A stretch of 62,836 nucleotides of DNA, counting the filler, from an uncultured bacterium (GTDB taxonomy: Bacteria; DAOPZR01), in the NCBI GenBank assembly GCA_964637655.1. It is 6 parts of 6 records of this genome, joined end to end, with 100 filler letters (N's around TTAATTAATTAA, not from the genome) between each part and the next. Parts side by side here need not be neighbours in the genome. Positions count along the whole stretch, not along the records: positions 42,193 to 52,494 come from CAZWUZ010000128.1; positions 52,595 to 62,836 come from CAZWUZ010000129.1; 4 more parts are not named here. One strand, written 5' to 3'. Made by a program: the position numbers and the translations under genes. Under the pieces are notes generated by a model. That model did not search any database. It was not told where the DNA came from and worked only from the letters and a program-made list of their open reading frames with translations. This document shows, one piece after another, positions 51,202 through 60,819 of the stretch. How positions within the stretch are numbered: the first letter of the stretch is position 1; each line of letters starts with the position of its first letter.

Positions 51202-52328
51202 CAGCGTTCCCCTCCGGTTTTCTCCGTTCCGTGGTCGCGGGTGCGCAGGCGTTCGCACGCTTCGGCCAGTTCCCTGATCTCGGCGCCGGCTGACGGCGGC
51301 GGCACGATCGGCTCCCCGCCGGCGTCAACCTGCCGGCTGAGCGCGGCCAGCGGCTGGAGGAGCATGCCCCGGATCACGGTGAGCATCACGCCGATGAGAC
51401 CGATCGCGGCGAGGATGCCGAGCAGCGTCTGCCAGACGAGCGCGGAACGGTCCGCGGAGCGGAGCGCGCTGAAATCGCCGGCCATGGCGATGACTCCGAT
51501 CTGTTTGCGGGCGTAGTTGTAGACCGGGAAGAGGAGGACGCCGTAGGGGACGCTGGCGCTCTCCCTGAGCACGTGGGCCTCTTCCGTGACGGAGAGATCC
51601 GCACCGGTGACGAGAGAGCGCAGCAGCGCGGTATGGGTCGAATGGAAATTGATGAAATCGCCGCAGCGGTTCTGGTCGTTGAAGACCTCGCCCGTGAGCG
51701 AGGTGGCGGTCTCGCGGAGCAGTTTCTCCTCGACGAAGAAGGCCAGTTCGAACCCGTAGGCGTTTTTCAGTTCGTCGAGGAGCGGGGCGAACTCGTAGGC
51801 GATCTCGCAACTGCCGTTCGGCTGGCCCGTCGCATCGGTCATCGGCAGCGTGCCGAAAATACCGATGCCCGAGGTGGTGATCTTCGCCCCCTTGCGGATC
51901 GCGTGCTCCCGGTTCACCTCGACGACGATGTGGCGGTAGGCGGACTGGTCCTCACCGAACTTGGCGGGATTGTGGACGCGGAGGAAGGAAGTCGCTGGCG
52001 GCAGGTGGAACTGGGCCTGGCTGACCCCGTATTTCTCCTGCTGGACGGTGAAGGCCGCCCGGGTCGCGGCGAGGAGCGCCGCGCGGTCGCGCGCGGCAAA
52101 GGCCCGGCGTACTTCCGGCATGGCCGCGAGCAGCTCGGCCGTGGCGATGGCTTTCCCCTCGGCCCCGCGCAGTTTCGACTGGAGGATCCGGGACATCAGG
52201 GTGTACTGCGTCTCCGCAAAGGAACTGGCCATCTGCCGGGAGATGGCGATGCTGACGCAGGAGACCACGGCGGTGACGATGAGTACGGCGGCAGTCAGTA
52301 CTGTCGTGGCGCTGGTGCGGAAGGTCAT
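51201..52328 (-). CDS. Membrane-anchored Cache-domain sensor with short HAMP-like tail and no output domain
   Basis: TM; AFAARDRAALL, QFHLPPATSFLRVHNP.KFG.D.S..R (dCache_3-like); second TM, then PL..L...EIRELA. Confidence 0.8.
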   Translation of the reverse strand: MTFRTSATTVLTAAVLIVTAVVSCVSIAISRQMASSFAETQYTLMSRILQSKLRGAEGKAIATAELLAAMPEVRRAFAARDRAALLAATRAAFTVQQEKYGVSQAQFHLPPATSFLRVHNPAKFGEDQSAYRHIVVEVNREHAIRKGAKITTSGIGIFGTLPMTDATGQPNGSCEIAYEFAPLLDELKNAYGFELAFFVEEKLLRETATSLTGEVFNDQNRCGDFINFHSTHTALLRSLVTGADLSVTEEAHVLRESASVPYGVLLFPVYNYARKQIGVIAMAGDFSALRSADRSALVWQTLLGILAAIGLIGVMLTVIRGMLLQPLAALSRQVDAGGEPIVPPPSAGAEIRELAEACERLRTRDHGTEKTGGER

Positions 52329-52386
52329 GGGACGTTCCTCTGTATTTTGGTGCCTGCGGCCCGGTGCGGGGCATCAGGGTTGGCGT

Positions 52387-52449
52387 ACTGTAGCACCCAG
52401 CCACCTCCGTGTCAAAAACATTGACGGCAGACAGGCAGGGTGCTACGAT
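52387..52449. promoter_or_regulatory. Back-to-back sigma70 promoters
   Basis: Minus: TTGACA(52415-52410)-17-TACAGT; plus: TTGACG(52421-52426)-17-TACGAT; both have TG extensions. Confidence 0.65.
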
Positions 52450-52494
52450 ACGGTGGCACGCAACGGTGCCGCGGAGGCGAATTGATGAGCATCA

Positions 52495-52594
52495 NNNNNN
52501 NNNNNNNNNNNNNNNNNNNNNNNNNNNNNNNNNNNNNNTTAATTAATTAANNNNNNNNNNNNNNNNNNNNNNNNNNNNNNNNNNNNNNNNNNNN
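52495..52594. other. Artificial contig linker
   Basis: N44-TTAATTAATTAA-N44. Confidence 0.99.
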
Positions 52595-52908
52595 CGCTGA
52601 AACTTTCTCTCGGTGCCTGTTTGCGCGAGCGACAGGCTGCGCTCGGGCTGTCGCTCGATGCGCTCGCTGCACACCTGCAGCTTACCCCGCCGCAGCTCGC
52701 CCTGCTCCTGACCGATACGTTTCCTGCCGCCGACTTCACCCCCGCGCTCCAGGCGCGCCTGCGCGAGACGTTTGCCCTTGCTGACGAAGAGCTCGCTGCG
52801 CTGATCGGCGTATCCGCGCCGGCAGCGCCGGCTGTCGTCCCCCTCCGCAGCGATGCAACCGCCTACGAAACACTCTGGCAGCGCGCGCGCGCCCGCCTGC
52901 ATCCGTGA
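52595..52908 (+). CDS. 3' part of a protein with an XRE-like helix-turn-helix (5' end truncated)
   Basis: LRERQAALGLSLDALAAHLQLTPPQLALL; GTGA overlap with the CHAT gene. Confidence 0.55.
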
Positions 52909-55067
52909 CCGATTCCCGCCGCAGCGACCGCGCTGCCGCCGCCCCGGACGATCCGCGCGCCGCGCTCTTCGAACAGTTGTGCAGTGACGCCCGCGGCGAG
53001 CTCTACAATGCCGCCCGTCCCGATCTTGCCCTGCCGCTCTTTGAGGCCGCGCTGACGCTCTACGATCCTCCCGAAGCCCATCCGCAGCGCACGTACAAGG
53101 TGGTGCGCGAACTCATCACCGTTTATCAGAAACTCGGGTTCCGCGACCGCGCCCACGCCTTTGCCGCGCGGCTGCAGCAGATGGCGCCGGCGCTCGACGA
53201 CAATCCGAAGACCGCGCTCAAGGCCTGCTACAACAGCATGTACCTGCAGGCGGAACTGCAGCGTTATCCGGATGCATGGCATGCCGTGCATGCCGCCCTG
53301 CCGCTGCTCGACCGCATCCACAGCGGCCGCCATGCCGTGGCGGAAGAAGCCAAAGACCGCGCGGCACATCAGCTGCATATCGGCAACCTGCACCGCGACT
53401 GCGGCAAGTATCGCCATGCCGTGCGCGCGTACAGCCGTGGTCGTCGTTTTCTCCGGCAGCTCAAGCCGGGTATCACCAATGACCGCCTGCAGCGCAAGTA
53501 CTGTCTGCTGATGATCGCCGCCCTGCAGTCTGCCGGCCGCCATCATACTGCGCTGGGCGCGCTCGACCGTCTTGCCAGCAGCGGCGAGGGTGATGCCGCC
53601 GCCATCGGTTTTGCCCGTGCCATATCGCTTGCCGCAGTGGGCCGCGCGCAGGAAGCGCTGCCGCTGGCGCAGGCGGCAGTCGCGCATTGCGAACAGCAGC
53701 GCGCGCGCCTGCAGTCTGACAGCATCGAGCGCGGGGTCAGCGAATCACATGCCGACAAATACGATCTGGTGATCAGCCTGCTCGCCCGCACGCAGGCCAG
53801 ACCGGCCGTCATCCTGCAGGCCATTGCCGCTGCCAAGGCGCGCCTGTTTAGCGGCAAACTTCTCGGCCGCGAGCGCACCGCCGGCACCGCGGCAGACGAA
53901 ATGTCCGCCTACCGCTGGCGGGCCGGATATGATGCCGCATTCAGCGCCGCCCAGGCCGTCCATGACGCGGCCGGCGCGACACAGCAGCGCGATCTCGTCG
54001 CTGCCCTGCACCGCACCATCAGCGACATGCTTGCCGCCACTGCCGGTGACACACCGCAATCCATTCCGGATCTTGGGCAGGTGCAGGCCGCCATACCGGA
54101 CAACACGCTGGTCCTTGAGCTGTTTCAGTTGCAGGATGAATTGCTGGTCGTCGCCCTGACCCGTACGGATGCCCGGCTCCATTCGTGTCCGCTCACGCTC
54201 AGTGCCGCGCGCGATGCTGCGTTCGCGCTGAACCGCACCGCGCAGGCCATGCAGCAGCGCCTGCAGCCGAGCCCGCAACTGACCAAGTTATTCTACTGGC
54301 AGACCGCCGACCTGTACCAGCGTATCTTTTTGCCGCTCGCGCCGATGCTTACCGAACATGCGCACTTGCTCATCTGCCCGCATCGCGCCCTGCATCGCGT
54401 GCCGCTCGCCGTACTGCGCAAGCCGGACGGCACACTGCTGGGCGAATCACATACCGTTGCCTATCTGCCGTCGCTGGCCTCGCTGCTCAGGAATGTTCCG
54501 CCACCCGCCGGTACGCAGGCGCTGGTCATCAGCAACAGCACCGGCGAATTGCGTCATGCCACCGCCGAAGGGAAAGCCGTTGCCGCTCTCTTCTCCGGCG
54601 CCGTCCATGCGGATAACGAAAAGGCCACGCTGGCTGCCGTCACTGAGCATATCGGCCGTGCCGATATCATCCATATCGCCTGCCATAACCGTTTCGATCC
54701 GCACGGCATTGTCCACACGCATATCCCGCTTGCCGACGCGCCCCTGACCACCGAGGTCATCTTCCGCTGTGCGCTGCCGCGCGCCCCGCTGGTCGTCCTC
54801 TCCGCCTGCGATTCCGGGCTGGCCGAAGAGCGCCGCAGCGACGAGCTCGATTCCTTTGCCCACGCCTTTCTGCTTGCCGGCGCCCGCGCCGTGCTCGTCA
54901 CCCTCTGGCCCATCGATGACGCCGGCGCCCCCATCCTCGTGCGCGAGTTCTACGCCGCACTGCGGCAGTCTGCCGATGCTGCCGCCGCCCTGCATACCGC
55001 CCTCAAGCAGGCTCGGGCCGCCGGTCTTTTGCCGCACCATCTTGGCGCGCTAAAGTGCACGGTATAG
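52905..55067 (+). CDS. TPR-CHAT domain protein (clan CD caspase-like protease)
   Basis: N-terminal TPR-like helices; ICPHRALHRVP, YLPS, IIHIACH (His), LVVLSACDSG (Cys), FLLAGA..V..TLWPIDD. Confidence 0.9.
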   Translation: MTDSRRSDRAAAAPDDPRAALFEQLCSDARGELYNAARPDLALPLFEAALTLYDPPEAHPQRTYKVVRELITVYQKLGFRDRAHAFAARLQQMAPALDDNPKTALKACYNSMYLQAELQRYPDAWHAVHAALPLLDRIHSGRHAVAEEAKDRAAHQLHIGNLHRDCGKYRHAVRAYSRGRRFLRQLKPGITNDRLQRKYCLLMIAALQSAGRHHTALGALDRLASSGEGDAAAIGFARAISLAAVGRAQEALPLAQAAVAHCEQQRARLQSDSIERGVSESHADKYDLVISLLARTQARPAVILQAIAAAKARLFSGKLLGRERTAGTAADEMSAYRWRAGYDAAFSAAQAVHDAAGATQQRDLVAALHRTISDMLAATAGDTPQSIPDLGQVQAAIPDNTLVLELFQLQDELLVVALTRTDARLHSCPLTLSAARDAAFALNRTAQAMQQRLQPSPQLTKLFYWQTADLYQRIFLPLAPMLTEHAHLLICPHRALHRVPLAVLRKPDGTLLGESHTVAYLPSLASLLRNVPPPAGTQALVISNSTGELRHATAEGKAVAALFSGAVHADNEKATLAAVTEHIGRADIIHIACHNRFDPHGIVHTHIPLADAPLTTEVIFRCALPRAPLVVLSACDSGLAEERRSDELDSFAHAFLLAGARAVLVTLWPIDDAGAPILVREFYAALRQSADAAAALHTALKQARAAGLLPHHLGALKCTV

Positions 55068-55129
55068 CTGTTCTATTAGATTGTCTCTGGTTTGGAAAAC
55101 ATCGCTGGCATTAAATAACCTGATGTGTA

Positions 55130-55840
55130 TTACCCTAATTCCATACAACTCCTATGCGAGCTGTCACCGATAACCAGATGGTCCAGCACGCGAATGCCCA
55201 GCGGCTGCGCCGCCGCCGTGACCTCGCGGGTTAGACAAATATCGTCTGCCGACGGCTCCGTGTCGCCACTCGGATGGTTGTGCACCATAATAACGCTCTT
55301 GGCATGGCGCTGCAGCGCCTGCTCGATGATCTGGCGCGGGTAAACCGCCGCACGGTCAACCGTCCCCTCTGCCATTGTCAGCACATCAATCACCCGATTC
55401 TTATTGTTCAGCAGTATCACCAGAAACACTTCATTGCTCAAGCCGCCCAGCTTCGCCCGGGCATACTCGACCACCGCCGCCGGCGTCGATAATTGCGGCG
55501 CCGCCCGCAGCTTCTCCCGCGCTGTCGCGACCTGCAACTCCTTCACCAGCCGCAGTAGTGCCGCTGCCGACTCTCCTATCCCCTCCACCGCCGTCAGTTC
55601 ACTTACCGAAGCGGCAAACACCGCCTGCAAATTGCCGAATTGCCGCAGCAATCGCTTGGCTATGGGTTTCACATCGCAGCGTGGGATGGCGTAGGTCAGC
55701 AGCAGCTCCAGCAGTTCGTAATCCGGCATCGTCTCACCACTACCGGCGATAAACCGCTTACGTAACCGCGCCCGATGCCCAATGAAATCCGACGCAGCTT
55801 TGCCCGGTGTCGTGGTACGTCGTTGTAATCGTTTGCTCAT
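55130..55840 (-). CDS. radC: RadC/JAB-domain protein
   Basis: GHRARLRKRF, DYELLELLL, HhH GIG, VYPR, HNHPSGD..PS..D, VLDH. Confidence 0.93.
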   Translation of the reverse strand: MSKRLQRRTTTPGKAASDFIGHRARLRKRFIAGSGETMPDYELLELLLTYAIPRCDVKPIAKRLLRQFGNLQAVFAASVSELTAVEGIGESAAALLRLVKELQVATAREKLRAAPQLSTPAAVVEYARAKLGGLSNEVFLVILLNNKNRVIDVLTMAEGTVDRAAVYPRQIIEQALQRHAKSVIMVHNHPSGDTEPSADDICLTREVTAAAQPLGIRVLDHLVIGDSSHRSCMELG

Positions 55841-56562
55841 AGCCAGTATGCCGCTCCTTCACGGCGCAATTGTGCGCGCCGCGCTTCGTAATCAGGCATA
55901 ACCGTACCCAAATGCCGCCAGAATCGCGCTGAGTGATTAGGGTGCAGCGTATGGCACAGTTCATGCACCACCACATAATCAACCAGCCGCATAGGCGCCA
56001 GCATAATCCGCCAGTTCAGCCGCACTTCATGATGCCGGTTGCAGCTTCCCCAGCGCTTGCGCTGATCGCCAATGAACAACCGCGGCGGCTGGATTGCCAT
56101 CTTCTTCGCCCACCAACGCAACCGCAACGCCAGCACGGTTTTCGCCCGTCGCTGATACCATGCAGTAAGCTGCCGCCTGACTTCGCGGCGACGAGCATCA
56201 GGCTCTCCATCGCCAACCGTCACGCACAACCAGCCGCCGCGCAGCGCGGCCCGCGCCTGCCGTTTATTACCCGTGCGTATCAGGCGCAAACGATACCGCC
56301 GTCCCAGATAGGCATACGTTTCGCCGGCAACGTATTCACGCCGCGGCAAATGTTCAGTCAGTTCCGCCAGTTTACGCGTCTTGCCGACTATCCATTTCGC
56401 CTTGCTGCGCACCAGTTCAGCCACCCGTGCCTCCGGCAGCGACTGCGGCGCGCGTGCGTACACCCCTTCCACCGGATCGACGAATATGCTGACCGTACGC
56501 CGCTGCGCACTGCGATAGACACGATACGGTATCGTTGTGCGCCCGAATTCGACCGTCGGCAT
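55837..56562 (-). CDS. YgjP/DUF45 (M48/SprT-like) zinc metallo-protein associated with type I RM
   Basis: RWGSC, LNWR, DYVVVHELCH..H.NHS..FW. Confidence 0.9.
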   Translation of the reverse strand: MPTVEFGRTTIPYRVYRSAQRRTVSIFVDPVEGVYARAPQSLPEARVAELVRSKAKWIVGKTRKLAELTEHLPRREYVAGETYAYLGRRYRLRLIRTGNKRQARAALRGGWLCVTVGDGEPDARRREVRRQLTAWYQRRAKTVLALRLRWWAKKMAIQPPRLFIGDQRKRWGSCNRHHEVRLNWRIMLAPMRLVDYVVVHELCHTLHPNHSARFWRHLGTVMPDYEARRAQLRREGAAYWL

Positions 56563-59500
56563 CACGCGTTGTCGTCCCCGGTCGAACCGTGCCGCAGCCG
56601 TACACGCGCCAGGTCGATAATCTTCGCGGTCATCGCCTCAATTTCCTCAAATGACATGCCGGAACTGCGCAGCAGCCCCTTGACCTGTCGGCGCATCTCC
56701 CGCTGCACATCGTCCTTATGCACCCAGTCGATGACCGCCAGCTTTTCCAGAACGCTGAATATCTCGCGCGTCAGCTGGTGTGGATCGCCGCCCGCCGCAC
56801 CGTAGGGTTCCGGCCGTTCCCGCACTTCGTTGCTGCTGCCGCCTTGCAGCAGCTGATGCAGGGCGTATTCCGTTTCCGACAGGCCAAGCTGCTGCGCCGC
56901 CTGACCGAGCCCGCGCAGTTCATTCACCATCTGCTGCAGATGCCGCAGCGCCTCCGCCGCATCAATGCGCGCCTGCCGCTTCGCGGCAATCAGCTCTTCC
57001 AGCCGCTGCCGCAGCGATTGATAGAAAACCGGGTTTTCGCTCAGCCGACAGTGGATCTCATGGCGTATGGCATGTTCGATTTCACTGGCGCGCGCCTCGG
57101 GCGTGGATAACGAATCGACATAATCATTGAACTTTTGTGAAAATATCGATACCGGCTCCAGCAGCCGCACTACTCCGTTAGTATGGATATGCTCCTCAAT
57201 AAGCTGTTTTACTTTGGCGCCGCAAGCCGACAGGTCAAGCGTCGTGTCGCGATAGCGCACCTTGGCGGCATTCCGCACCTTCCCCAGCCACTGCAAATCC
57301 GCACGATAGGGGAGCGCCGCCGGATCGGGGAGGACCATATCCATGCTCTGCGCGAAATTGCGGAAGGCCAGATCAAAGTCGGCGCGCACATCTTCCGCTT
57401 CAAGCACCTTCAGGCACGCCTCCAGATCGTTGCGGTCGATCCCATCGAAGAAGCGCAAGGCCGATCGATGCCGTACCTGCAGACGCGGCAGTTCATCGGA
57501 CTTGGGTGTTAGGGCCTGATAGATGTCCTCTGGATTGAACACCCCCAGCGCCTGCTGCAATTGCTCCGATATGCCCCAATAATCGATGATTAGGCCATAG
57601 GTTTTTTTGTCCGCGGTCCGATTCACCCGCGCAATTGCCTGCAGCAGGTTATGCTCTTTGAGCGGGCGGTCGAGATACATCACCTGTTCCACCGGGGCGT
57701 CGAACCCGGTCAGCAGCTTGTCGCAGACCACCAGCAGCGCCAGTTTGCTCACTGAATCGTTTTTGAAACTGTCGATAATCTCCTGTTCCTGCGCCTTCAG
57801 CTTGTGATGCACCGCCAAATGCCGTTCGTCGTTATGGCTGGCGGAGATGAGCACCGCCGACGGCGGCGCGTTCAGCCGGTCAAGCGTCTCCTTGTAGGCG
57901 ACCGCTGCTTCGCGGCTGGTCGTCACCACCTGCGCCTTGAATCCGTTCGGCAGTATGTATTCCTCATAATGTTTGATCAGGTCGAGGCATATCGCCTCGA
58001 TCCGACTGGGGGCCTGCCCAATCGCCTCTTCCGTGGCAAAGCGTTTTTTTATCTCTTCGCGCTCCGTTTCGCTGTACTCGCGGAAATAACGGTCGAAGAG
58101 CGCATCGAGGTTCCGGCCCGATACGCGCACATCCGGCAGTCGGCTCTCGTAATAGATCGGCACCGTGGCGCCGTCACGCACCGCCTGTTCGATGGTGTAG
58201 GTGTGGATATACGAGCCGAAGGTACGTACCGTGCTCTTGTCCTGCTTGTCAATGGGAGTACCGGTAAAACCAATGAAACAGGCGTTGGGCATTGCCTGCC
58301 GCATATTCGCCGCCAGATTCTTTTCCTGCGTGCGATGCGCTTCGTCCGCCATGACAAAGACATTGTTCGCTTCCGTCAGAACGGGATGCTCGCGATCCTC
58401 CGTCAGCTCCTGAAATTTCTGTATGGTCGTCATAATCGTTCGGCCATTGCCGGAGGCGATCAGCTCACGCAGTTCGCGCACGCTACGCGCCTGCACCGGA
58501 TTGGGGAACCCGCAGCGGTTGAAGGTACCGGCTATCTGATTGTCCAGATCCGTTCGATCCGTCACCACAATCAGCGTCGGATTGTCGAAGGCGCGATAGC
58601 GCCGCAGTTTCACCGCCAGCCACAGCATGGTCAGCGATTTACCCGAGCCCTGCGTATGCCAGATCACCCCACCGCGCTTTGCGGGCGACTTGGCGGCGCG
58701 TATCCGCTCGAACGCGCGCTGCACGGCGATGAACTGCTGATAGCGCGCAAGTTTCTTTCGCGTTATCCCGCTTTCCACCTCAAACGCCGTGCAATTGCGT
58801 ATCAGTTCGAGAAGATTCTCCTTCTGCAGCACCCCCGCCAGGAGTCTGTCCTGATTTGTTGGCGGCTTTGCGAACAGCCGCATGGTGTATTTGCCGCTCA
58901 ATTCGTCGAGGGTGAGCGGGTACGGCTCTTTCCATTCCGAATAATGCCGCGCCGGCGTCAGCACTGTTCCGACCTTCGCCCGCTCCCCGCAGGCGGCGAT
59001 CAGGAGCTGCACCGATTCAAACAGTCGCGGCGCGCCGCGATCCCTGAACTTGTCCGTCGTTTCCTGATAGCGAAACAGTTGCGTCAGCGCCTTATCGATC
59101 GGCTCGCGTATCGTCGGGCCTTTACATTCGATCACCACCAGAGGAATCCCATTGATAAAGACAATGATATCGGGAATGATATTTTCTTTCAGCCCCGCGA
59201 CTTTGAACTGCCGCGTGAAGATGAACTCATTGTTTTCGGGATGGTCATAGTCGATGAAGAACACGTCGCGACTTCTGCCATCCTGCTCTAATGTCAAACT
59301 GTGCGTCAAATATGTGTGGATCCTCTCGTTCGCTTCCAGCAGATTGGTCGCACCAACTGTCGTCAGCGCCCGCACCGCCTTCCGCCGGTTTTCTTCCGAC
59401 AGCCCGGGGTTGAGCTCTGCCAGTTTCCTCTCCACACGGTCGGCAAGCACAACATCCTTCAGCCCTTCCCGCTCGCTGTCCAGCACCTCCGCCGGGACAT

Positions 59501-59579
59501 AGGTATATCCCAACGCTTCCAGCATCTTCGCCGCCGGCTCTTCCGACAGTTGCAATTCGTTCCAGTCAGTTCCGCTCAT
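56562..59579 (-). CDS. hsdR: Type I restriction endonuclease subunit R
   Basis: PDIIVFINGIPLVVIECK nuclease motif, WHTQGSGKS, DEAHR, FTGTP, LLTGFDAP, QAIARVNR. Confidence 0.96.
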   Translation of the reverse strand: MSGTDWNELQLSEEPAAKMLEALGYTYVPAEVLDSEREGLKDVVLADRVERKLAELNPGLSEENRRKAVRALTTVGATNLLEANERIHTYLTHSLTLEQDGRSRDVFFIDYDHPENNEFIFTRQFKVAGLKENIIPDIIVFINGIPLVVIECKGPTIREPIDKALTQLFRYQETTDKFRDRGAPRLFESVQLLIAACGERAKVGTVLTPARHYSEWKEPYPLTLDELSGKYTMRLFAKPPTNQDRLLAGVLQKENLLELIRNCTAFEVESGITRKKLARYQQFIAVQRAFERIRAAKSPAKRGGVIWHTQGSGKSLTMLWLAVKLRRYRAFDNPTLIVVTDRTDLDNQIAGTFNRCGFPNPVQARSVRELRELIASGNGRTIMTTIQKFQELTEDREHPVLTEANNVFVMADEAHRTQEKNLAANMRQAMPNACFIGFTGTPIDKQDKSTVRTFGSYIHTYTIEQAVRDGATVPIYYESRLPDVRVSGRNLDALFDRYFREYSETEREEIKKRFATEEAIGQAPSRIEAICLDLIKHYEEYILPNGFKAQVVTTSREAAVAYKETLDRLNAPPSAVLISASHNDERHLAVHHKLKAQEQEIIDSFKNDSVSKLALLVVCDKLLTGFDAPVEQVMYLDRPLKEHNLLQAIARVNRTADKKTYGLIIDYWGISEQLQQALGVFNPEDIYQALTPKSDELPRLQVRHRSALRFFDGIDRNDLEACLKVLEAEDVRADFDLAFRNFAQSMDMVLPDPAALPYRADLQWLGKVRNAAKVRYRDTTLDLSACGAKVKQLIEEHIHTNGVVRLLEPVSIFSQKFNDYVDSLSTPEARASEIEHAIRHEIHCRLSENPVFYQSLRQRLEELIAAKRQARIDAAEALRHLQQMVNELRGLGQAAQQLGLSETEYALHQLLQGGSSNEVRERPEPYGAAGGDPHQLTREIFSVLEKLAVIDWVHKDDVQREMRRQVKGLLRSSGMSFEEIEAMTAKIIDLARVRLRHGSTGDDNA

Positions 59580-59685
59580 CTTTGGGTACCCCTATTCTCC
59601 TGCATCAACCAGATATTATTGTTCTGTCAACTTGTTCTGGTCGATGCCAATCATCATATGCTGGCATATTCACGATAATAAATGA

Positions 59686-60795
59686 TTATGGTTTGAGCAG
59701 TTCCTTTAAATGCTCGATATATTTTAGCTGAATCTCGATGCATTTACCCTTGCGTTTATCTGCTTCTGCACTTGTTTTATACTGTTCGTTGAAGCGCTCT
59801 ATTTCCATCCGTCTTTCCTCTGCGCTCATGTCACCACTCAGCCGTTTTGTACCATACATCGGCTTAGAGAATTCACAAAGGCCTTTATATAGGTTTTCGT
59901 CAAGAGTGAATGGGATTGACGCAGGATAGTAAGTCCCGTTGGATTGGGATTGATATTGTTGTTGAATATTGCACAAACCGAGGATTTCAATATCTGCAAG
60001 TCCAGTAACTACATTTCTCTCGCTGTTAATGCACAGAATCTCCTTTAATGATAAGTCGGCAAATTGAGAATACTTACTAATCACTTGCTGATCATTATTG
60101 GGATTGTTTGAAATTATGTGCGCAATGTGATGCATAAAAAAACCTTTTACTAATGCATAGTCATAATATTCAAATTTAATTACTGGGCAAAGTGTTTCAG
60201 CTGCTGCGATTGGAGGGATTTCAAGTAATCCGTCTTTTCGCGGGAAAGATATTCTCTCAATTAGTTCGGAATGTGGTTTTACAAGTTTAACATTATAATT
60301 ATTAGCACATATCTGCGCAATATTTTGCCTGATAATCTCTTGATCTTTCTGAATCAAGGCACACTTTTCCTGCGCAATTTCAAATGTTTCTATACCCTCA
60401 GTCAATAAACGAATTCCTGTGGTTCTATAGAACGTTTGATAAACCGTTTTTAAATGTTCCCAATGCTGCACCCTATCTTCTACTTTATTTTGCCCTATAA
60501 ATTCGTAAAATACGGAAGGGCATACGACTATTGATAATTCCGCATTATTGGCGACTAGATATTGCAAAAATGTGATGATTGCCAATGTGCCTTCCGTAAT
60601 CTCTCGTTTTACAATATAACGTTCTAAACGAATTAAAACGTTTGTATCCACAATATACTTATACGGTCCTCGCAATTCCATGGCCAATATCTCGAGGTTA
60701 AATAAAATCCTGGAGTTCATCCAAAATCGATCTTTCTGCTTAACACTGAATCCTGTGTAGTGTTTCTTAATATTTTCAGTAGTCATATCGTTCAT
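59686..60795 (-). CDS. Low-GC hypothetical protein with PIN-like nuclease motifs
   Basis: GGAGG RBS; YIVDTNVLI, VCPSVFYEF, LADIEIL, FTLDENL resemble the four acidic PIN positions. Confidence 0.65.
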   Translation of the reverse strand: MNDMTTENIKKHYTGFSVKQKDRFWMNSRILFNLEILAMELRGPYKYIVDTNVLIRLERYIVKREITEGTLAIITFLQYLVANNAELSIVVCPSVFYEFIGQNKVEDRVQHWEHLKTVYQTFYRTTGIRLLTEGIETFEIAQEKCALIQKDQEIIRQNIAQICANNYNVKLVKPHSELIERISFPRKDGLLEIPPIAAAETLCPVIKFEYYDYALVKGFFMHHIAHIISNNPNNDQQVISKYSQFADLSLKEILCINSERNVVTGLADIEILGLCNIQQQYQSQSNGTYYPASIPFTLDENLYKGLCEFSKPMYGTKRLSGDMSAEERRMEIERFNEQYKTSAEADKRKGKCIEIQLKYIEHLKELLKP

Positions 60796-60819
60796 ATTTG
60801 TCCCTCCAGTTCGGAACAA

